Positions 26,403-32,000 of a stretch of 32,000 nucleotides of DNA are shown here, in pieces. Origin of the DNA: Bellilinea caldifistulae (GTDB lineage Bacteria; Chloroflexota; Anaerolineae; Anaerolineales; Anaerolineaceae); contig NZ_LGHJ01000021.1 in assembly GCF_001306055.1 (NCBI RefSeq), forward strand, positions 19,663 to 51,662. The letters are read 5' to 3'. Position numbers and translations under genes: made by a program. Each line of letters starts with the position of its first letter. Position 1 is the stretch's first letter. The notes beneath the pieces were generated by a model. The model did no database searches, was not told where the DNA came from, and saw nothing but the letters and a program-made list of their open reading frames with translations.

Positions 26403-26465
26403 AAAAAATCCTCTCACTGCTAAAACGAACATAAATCTAAGTTCATTTTAGCCAACGAGAGGATT
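26403..26465 (-). terminator. Long compound hairpin plus T tract: a putative xdh-operon terminator that also sequesters the RBS of the GT4-like gene
   Basis: Minus strand: AATCCTCTC-gttg-GCTAAAATGAAC-ttagatttat-GTTCGTTTTAGC-agt-GAGAGGATT, followed by TTTT and then the ATG. This gives 9 + 12 bp with one G-U pair. The 3' arm contains the Shine-Dalgarno sequence. Confidence 0.5.
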
Positions 26466-26508
26466 CAAGTCAGCCTTTTAAGACCGTTTGTATAATCTTT
26501 GTATAATA

Positions 26509-29331
26509 TCAGGCGGTTGCGGCTTTTTCCTTCAGGGCTAAAAGGATTTTTTCCTGATCAACGGGGATTCGGTCAAATCGAACCCCAACTGCATGATAAA
26601 TTGCATTTGTAATTGCCGGGATGGTTGGAATCAGTACGATTTCGCCGACACCCTTTGCGCCAAAAGGCCCTTCAGAAACCGGATGTTCAACTACAAAGGG
26701 AATGATCTCCGGTGTAAAGGTAATCGAGGGCATTCGATAACGGGCGAGGCGGTCGGTGATGACCCGGCCTTGTTCGACAATGAAATTTTCGGTCAGGGCG
26801 TGACCAATTCCCATTATTGCACCGCCTTCGATCTGACCGCGTAATCCAAGCGGATTGATTGCGGTGCCGACATCGTTTGCGATAATCAGGCGCAATACTT
26901 TGACTTCCCCCGTCAGGGTATTGACCTCAACTTCGGCTGCCTGGGCAGCAAAGGAGAAAGCAAAGTGCATGTCGCCTCCCTGCCCCAAGGGGCGGGTCGC
27001 AGGTGCCCAGTAGGTATAGGAAGCAAGCGGTTGTCTGCCAGATTCAAGCATTTGTTCGGCTAAATGGGAAAGACTGACCTGCTTGCCGTTGACCTGGGCC
27101 AGTCCCTCAATGAAGCGGATTTCCTGGGGGGGTACATCGTAGCGCTCGGCCAGTTCGCTGGTCAATAATTGGCGCAAGGCACGCGCCGCGTGACGCACAG
27201 CATTGCCGGTTACAAAGGTCTGACGTGAGGCTGTGGTTGGGCCGCCGTCGGGGGTCAAGTCGGTGTCCATTAACAGAACATCTATCTGACGCGGATTTTG
27301 GTTGAGCTCTTCAGCGGCAATCACTTGCAACACTGTCGGTAAACCCTGGCCTAATTCGGCAGAGGAGGAGCGAACCTGAAAAGTGCCATCTCGACGCAGT
27401 TCAACTTCTGCACCGGCTTTATCGGGCGCTCCGCCACCTAAACCGGTATTTTTATAGCCAACTGCAAAACCCCATGCTCGAATAAGATGTGGAGCTCCTT
27501 CGACCGGTTTGGGAGTGAAGGGACTCCCATCGCTTAAGCGGTTCATCTCTGCTTCAACTTTTTCTATACACTCCATTAATCCGACGCTTTCCCGAAGGAC
27601 CTGGCCCGTATTGGTCACACTGCCCACCCGTAAGGCGTTTTTCTTCCGTAACTCGACCGGGTCCATGTGAAGGACTTCAGCCAATGTGTCCATCATTGAT
27701 TCAATTGCAAAAGCGGATTGCATTACGCCAAACCCGCGAAAAGCGCCGGCGGGAGGGTTGTTGGTATACATGGCGTAGCAATCGGCTTTGACATTTGGAA
27801 TTTCATACGGGCCGGAGGAGTGAGTTGTGGCACGAGTTAAAACTTTTTCGCCTAAGGAGGCGTAGGCACCGGTATCTCCAAACAACTCGGTTTCGACAGC
27901 GGTAAGAGAGCCGTCCATTTTTGCGCCAACCTTCACCCGAATTTGAGTGGCGTGGCGTTTAGGGTGAACAACCAGGCTTTCCTGACGGTCAAAAAGCAAT
28001 TTGACTGGCCGGCCAGTGACATTTGCCAGCAAGGCGGCGTGGATCTGGCCGGCAATGTCCTCTTTGCCGCCAAAACCGCCGCCAATTAATTGGCCGATGA
28101 TGCGTACTTTTTCTTCGGGTACTCCCAATGCCCGCGCCACCTGATTGCGGTCAGAGTAAGGGATTTGGGAACCAACGTAAAGTTCCATGCGTCCTTCGGG
28201 GGTCGGGCGGGCGATGCTGCACTCTGGTTCCATGAAGGCATGGTCATGCATGGGGGTATGGTAAGTATGTTCCAGCACTACATCTGCCTGTGCAAAACCT
28301 TGTTCAACATCCCCCTTCCGAACTTTGATGTGTTTGAGAAGATTACCGTTATTGTGAATGCGAAGAGCATTTTCCTGGATGGCTTTAACCGGGTGATCAA
28401 TCACGGGCAGCGGTTCGATTTCCACTTCGATTAAATCAAGCGCATGGGTGGCAATCTGACGGGATTCGGCTGCCACAATTGCGAGCGCATCGCCTACTGT
28501 ACGAATTTGCTCACCGATGCCCACCATAATCGGCCAGTCGGGGATGACCAGGCCGTGATATTTCTCGCCGGGGATGTCTTCGGCAGTTAGAACAGCCACT
28601 ACACCGGGCAGTTTTTGAGCTTTTTCAATGTCCAACTTGCGTAAAATACCCGATGGAACGCCAGCACGTTTTACGCGGGCGTGCAGCATGTTTTCAAATT
28701 GAATATCGTCTGTATAAATTGCCTTCCCGGTCACTTTGGCAACAGCATCCGGACGGGGTTGGACTGTTCCAACTACCCGGCCAGCATGGCTGGAAGGATC
28801 AATTTGGGGGGGTGGCAGCGGTCGGCCAGTTTGAAGGGTGCGAGCAGCCGCCTTTATGGCACTAATAATTGTGGGATAACCGGCGCAGCGACATAAAGTA
28901 TCCTTGAGGGCAACCTTAATGTCCTCTTCGCTGGGATCTGGATTGCGTTGTAACAAGGCATAAGAAGTCATAATCTGTCCGGGAATGCAAAAACCACATT
29001 GGACGGCGCCGTACTCGATGAATGACTGCTGCAAGGGGTGAAGGGGAATCTGGCTGCCATCCGATGCAGGAGTGGTCTGAACGCTGGATAATCCTTCAAT
29101 AGTGAGGATATTTGCACCATTGGCTTTTGCCGCCGGATAAGAACAGGACAGCACCGGTTCACCGTTAAGAATCACTGTGCAGGCACCGCACTCGGCCTCG
29201 CCACAAGCGACTTTGGTACCGGTCAATTTGAGACGATAACGAAGCAGGTCTGCCAGCATTTCACCGGGGATTTCGGGTAACTGGTAAGTATTCCCGTTGA
29301 CAGTTAGAGTAATCATGTTCGGGTCGTTCAT
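26509..29331 (-). CDS. Xanthine dehydrogenase family protein with fused [2Fe-2S] and molybdopterin-binding subunits
   Basis: The N-terminus has CGEAECGACTV and CGFCIPG...CRCAGY (two 2Fe-2S sites). These are followed by the Moco domain with GGGFGGKE, AFRGFG and KGVGE (catalytic Glu region). Length is 940 aa. There is a 4-nt overlap with the FAD subunit gene. Confidence 0.9.
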   Translation of the reverse strand: MNDPNMITLTVNGNTYQLPEIPGEMLADLLRYRLKLTGTKVACGEAECGACTVILNGEPVLSCSYPAAKANGANILTIEGLSSVQTTPASDGSQIPLHPLQQSFIEYGAVQCGFCIPGQIMTSYALLQRNPDPSEEDIKVALKDTLCRCAGYPTIISAIKAAARTLQTGRPLPPPQIDPSSHAGRVVGTVQPRPDAVAKVTGKAIYTDDIQFENMLHARVKRAGVPSGILRKLDIEKAQKLPGVVAVLTAEDIPGEKYHGLVIPDWPIMVGIGEQIRTVGDALAIVAAESRQIATHALDLIEVEIEPLPVIDHPVKAIQENALRIHNNGNLLKHIKVRKGDVEQGFAQADVVLEHTYHTPMHDHAFMEPECSIARPTPEGRMELYVGSQIPYSDRNQVARALGVPEEKVRIIGQLIGGGFGGKEDIAGQIHAALLANVTGRPVKLLFDRQESLVVHPKRHATQIRVKVGAKMDGSLTAVETELFGDTGAYASLGEKVLTRATTHSSGPYEIPNVKADCYAMYTNNPPAGAFRGFGVMQSAFAIESMMDTLAEVLHMDPVELRKKNALRVGSVTNTGQVLRESVGLMECIEKVEAEMNRLSDGSPFTPKPVEGAPHLIRAWGFAVGYKNTGLGGGAPDKAGAEVELRRDGTFQVRSSSAELGQGLPTVLQVIAAEELNQNPRQIDVLLMDTDLTPDGGPTTASRQTFVTGNAVRHAARALRQLLTSELAERYDVPPQEIRFIEGLAQVNGKQVSLSHLAEQMLESGRQPLASYTYWAPATRPLGQGGDMHFAFSFAAQAAEVEVNTLTGEVKVLRLIIANDVGTAINPLGLRGQIEGGAIMGIGHALTENFIVEQGRVITDRLARYRMPSITFTPEIIPFVVEHPVSEGPFGAKGVGEIVLIPTIPAITNAIYHAVGVRFDRIPVDQEKILLALKEKAATA

Positions 29332-30215
29332 GCTACCTCCAATTCAAATGCCCGTTGCCAGGCTTTACCGATAACTTCTTCCAGCAGTACTTCGCTGAGA
29401 TGATGCCGATAAGCGGCACTGGCACGCATGGCACTACTGCGGAACTGGATGGATTGGTGAATAGCCTCTTTTGCTCTTTTAAGTGCAAAGGAATCAGGGG
29501 ATTTTCCGATCAATTCCTTTTCAACTTGCGTGGCTCGAAAAGGCACCGGCCCGGAGGGGCCGATCGCAATGTGAATGTCGCGGATCACTTGCTCTTCCCG
29601 TTCCATCCACACTGCCATGTTCAAAATGGGCAGGGCAACCCCTTGGGGACGCATCACCCGGCTGAAAGCAGAGGACTGACCGGATTTACGTAGGGGCAGG
29701 TAAAATCCGACGATAATCTCCGAGTTCAAATCCAGGGTTGACTGGCCAGGGCCTTTGAAAAGAGTGTGAATGGGCTGCAAGCGGCGGCCTGTGGCTCCGG
29801 CGATCTCAACCTGCGCATCCAAAGCAAATAGAGAAATCATGCCATCGGCTGCCGGTAAAGCATGAGCCACATTTCCGCCAAGGGTGGCTGTATTCCGAAC
29901 TTGCGGGCCTCCAATCAATCCGCAGGCTTCAGCGACGGCTAAAGCGTGATGGCGAACGAGAGGCGACTCTGTGATCACCTTTACAGGAACTGCGGCGCCA
30001 ATAAAAAGGCGTTCCCCTATTTCTTGCAACCGCAGCAGATCGGGAATGCGGGTTACATCCACAAGAGTGTGAACCGGTGGATGGTGTCCCTGTTGGATTT
30101 CGAGTAACAGATCGGTTCCGCCGCCGATCGGCCGGGCGGAGCCGGGGGCGGAAGTCAGGTAGTGGATTGCTTCTTCAATGGAGCGGGGAATGACATATTT
30201 TTGCCAGATGTTCAT
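29328..30215 (-). CDS. Xanthine dehydrogenase family FAD-binding subunit (CoxM/XdhB-like)
   Basis: IGGGTDLL, ATLGGNVA and the CO-dehydrogenase flavoprotein C-terminal pattern. I prefer ATG 30215 (GAAGGAG upstream) to the track start at 30287. Confidence 0.85.
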   Translation of the reverse strand: MNIWQKYVIPRSIEEAIHYLTSAPGSARPIGGGTDLLLEIQQGHHPPVHTLVDVTRIPDLLRLQEIGERLFIGAAVPVKVITESPLVRHHALAVAEACGLIGGPQVRNTATLGGNVAHALPAADGMISLFALDAQVEIAGATGRRLQPIHTLFKGPGQSTLDLNSEIIVGFYLPLRKSGQSSAFSRVMRPQGVALPILNMAVWMEREEQVIRDIHIAIGPSGPVPFRATQVEKELIGKSPDSFALKRAKEAIHQSIQFRSSAMRASAAYRHHLSEVLLEEVIGKAWQRAFELEVA

Positions 30216-30391
30216 CGGATCGGTGGACTCCTTCAGTAAGGCGGCACTTTTCGACGGACTCACACAGGTCCGACGCCGGTCCGGCAATTAACCGGATTCC
30301 GACCACCGATTCTCAAGAATATTTTACGATATTTTTCGTCAAAATTAAAGTACTAATCGGCAAATTCTTGCCTGAAAAGCCAGGAATTGCT

Positions 30392-31846
30392 TCAGGCTTT
30401 GGCTTTTTCGCGGATACCGGCCATCATTAAACCCAATTCTTCGGTGGTGGCAGTCTTGCCATCTACAACCCCAACAATTTCGCCCTCGTATATTACGGCA
30501 ATGCGATCCGATAGGGCGCGGATCTCGTCTAAATCCTCCGAAATGAGCAATGTGGCTGTGCCTGCCTGCCGCTGTTCGAGTAATCGTTGATGGATGTACT
30601 CCGAAGCGCCAATATCCACCCCACGGGTTGGTTGTGCGGCAATCAGCACTTTGGGTTTCCGGGAAAGCTCGCGTGCAAGGATCATCTTCTGAATGTTCCC
30701 GCCGGAAAGATTTTTGATGGGGGTTTCAATCGTGGGGGTTTTTACATTGAACTCCTGAACCAGCCGTTCGGAAACCTGTCGGATGCTGCGAAAATTTAGA
30801 AAAGTCCGCGAGGAGAAAGGCGGTTTGGCGTGATCTTCGAGGATGAAATTATCAGCAACGCTAAAATCTTTGATGGCTCCGTCTTTCATTCTTTCTTCCG
30901 GGATGTAGGATTGACCGGTAGCAATCCGTACCGAGGGAGAGGCGTGAGTGACATCCACGCCGTTCAGGATAATCCGTCCGGATTTTACCGGCCGCAAACC
31001 CGCCAGTGCTTCTGCCAGTTCTCTTTGTCCATTGCCCGAAACGCCTGCCAGACCCAGTATTTCACCGCCATGAACTTCCAGTGATACCCCTTTGAGGGCA
31101 TCGTTCCCGCGATCGCCCCGGACCACCAGATTTTCAATTTTCAACAAGACTTCCCCCATTTTTAGTGGAGGCTTTTCGTACTGAAGGATGACCGGACGTC
31201 CAACCATCATTTGAGCAAGTTCGGTTTTCGTGGCACCTTTGGTTTGACGAGTGCCGACCACTTTACCATCGCGTAAAACGGTAACCCGTTGACTGATGGC
31301 AAGTACTTCGTGTAATTTATGGGAGATGAAAATCAGGGCGTGACCTTCATCCGCCATCCGTCGTAAAGTGATGAAAAGGTCGTCCACCTCTTGTGGGGTT
31401 AATACCGCGGTTGGTTCATCCAGGACGAGAAGAGCGGCTCCGCGATAAAGTGCTTTGAGAATTTCGACTCGTTGCTGTTCTCCAACCGAAAGCTGCCAGA
31501 TGTAGGCGTCTGGGTCAACTTTGAGATTGTACTGCTGGCAGAGTAAATCAATCCTTTTACGGACACGGTCAAGGTCTAATATTACGCCGCGGGATGAGGG
31601 CAATCCAAGTGCAACATTCTCCACCACCGTCAAATCCGGCACCAGCATGAAATGCTGATGAATCATACCAATGCCGGCAGCAATGGAATCTTTGGGGGAG
31701 TGAAACACAACTTCCTCGCCATTGATGAAAATTTTCCCCTCATCCGGCCGGTATAAACCATACAACTGGCGAACCAAGGTACTTTTACCAGCACCATTTT
31801 CGCCAAGCAAGGCATGGATTTCACCTGCCTTGACATCGAAATCCAC
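30392..31846 (-). CDS. Two-domain ABC transporter ATP-binding protein (CUT2 sugar/nucleoside type); the 5' end is apparently frameshifted
   Basis: Walker [10 protein letters not shown], signature LSVGEQQR and LSGGNIQK, and Walker B LLVLDEPT / [12 protein letters not shown]. The in-frame ORF starts only 14 aa before Walker A. The missing N-terminal strand (..RRITLDF) is encoded in another frame at 31889-31995. Confidence 0.85.
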   Translation of the reverse strand: MDFDVKAGEIHALLGENGAGKSTLVRQLYGLYRPDEGKIFINGEEVVFHSPKDSIAAGIGMIHQHFMLVPDLTVVENVALGLPSSRGVILDLDRVRKRIDLLCQQYNLKVDPDAYIWQLSVGEQQRVEILKALYRGAALLVLDEPTAVLTPQEVDDLFITLRRMADEGHALIFISHKLHEVLAISQRVTVLRDGKVVGTRQTKGATKTELAQMMVGRPVILQYEKPPLKMGEVLLKIENLVVRGDRGNDALKGVSLEVHGGEILGLAGVSGNGQRELAEALAGLRPVKSGRIILNGVDVTHASPSVRIATGQSYIPEERMKDGAIKDFSVADNFILEDHAKPPFSSRTFLNFRSIRQVSERLVQEFNVKTPTIETPIKNLSGGNIQKMILARELSRKPKVLIAAQPTRGVDIGASEYIHQRLLEQRQAGTATLLISEDLDEIRALSDRIAVIYEGEIVGVVDGKTATTEELGLMMAGIREKAKA

Positions 31847-32000
31847 ATGATCGTTAGCCAGGACGCCGGGGAAGAGAGAGTTGAAAAATCAAGCGTAATA
31901 CGCCGAGCAGGCTGTTTGAGGGGTGGAAAAGCCGCACCCGATGGGGTATCCACCCTAAAATAAAGGGGCTGTGTATCTTGATTTGACCTCTTCACCTCCA

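Noticed and set aside
26489-26507. Tandem TGTATAAT...TGTATAAT on the plus strand as a promoter firing antisense into xdh
   Set aside because: There is no -35 and no downstream plus-strand gene. It is more simply read as -10-like boxes on the minus strand, and that reading is noted under the hairpin finding.
22819-26508. 8-nt direct repeat CCTTTTAA in both spacers flanking the GT pair, as possible insertion scars
   Set aside because: An 8-mer shared between a ~50-nt and a ~100-nt AT-rich spacer is plausible by chance. No integrase, tRNA or inverted repeats support mobility.
30216-30391. Purine or Moco riboswitch in the leader of the xdh FAD-subunit gene
   Set aside because: Only short generic hairpins are present (CCGGttaattgCCGG, GTCGGAC..GTCCGTC). 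By eye there is no match to the purine three-way junction core or the Moco motif. A covariance-model scan is needed to be certain.
31915-31960. Hairpin GGGTGGA-21 nt-TCCACCC upstream of the ABC ATPase as a regulatory RNA
   Set aside because: It lies within the alternative-frame coding sequence of the probable true N-terminus and at the window edge. The stem is only 7 bp with a large loop, so support is insufficient.
1-32000. CRISPR arrays, tRNA/rRNA genes, IS elements, toxin-antitoxin pairs, retron/DGR-type repeats
   Set aside because: I found no spaced direct repeats, cloverleaf-capable spacers, transposase/integrase/reverse-transcriptase motifs or template/variable repeat pairs while reading both strands. 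A computational repeat search would be needed to exclude diverged long-range repeats.

Overview
The window is a densely packed chromosomal segment that is mostly housekeeping, with about 27 protein-coding genes. I found no rRNA, tRNA, CRISPR array, transposase, integrase or phage gene.

Recognisable content in window order:
- alaS, behind a near-consensus sigma70-type promoter.
- A minus-strand block of pfpI-like and membrane metallophosphoesterase genes.
- gcvH-gcvPA-gcvPB (two-subunit P protein, no gcvT) under a tandem glycine riboswitch. The ORF track covers the riboswitch with spurious ORFs.
- A radical SAM/HhH 'DNA modification/repair'-type protein with no partner gene.
- A methyltransferase plus SpoIIE/PP2C phosphatase pair.
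- Several small or membrane proteins: YciI, YigZ/IMPACT, an FA2H-like hydroxylase, a TspO-like protein and DUF218. gpmA also lies in this stretch.
- A long minus-strand gene string from 26402 to 18647: GT4-like with a novel N-domain, GT1, S9 peptidase, adenosine deaminase and a lycopene-cyclase-family protein.
- A xanthine-dehydrogenase-family pair: an FAD subunit plus a fused 2Fe-2S/Moco subunit.
- A two-domain nucleoside/sugar-type ABC ATPase whose 5' end looks frameshifted.

I see no convincing complete novel multi-gene system such as a defence island. The best candidates for something undescribed are:
- The AT-richer two-glycosyltransferase module at 22868-26402. Its 754-aa first protein fuses an unrecognised alpha-solenoid-like N-domain to a sucrose-synthase/SPS-like GT core.
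- The long hairpin at 26407-26465 in front of that module, which acts as a terminator and buries the ribosome-binding site.
- The orphan radical SAM-HhH gene.

All family calls come from reading motifs in the supplied translations. No database search was possible.
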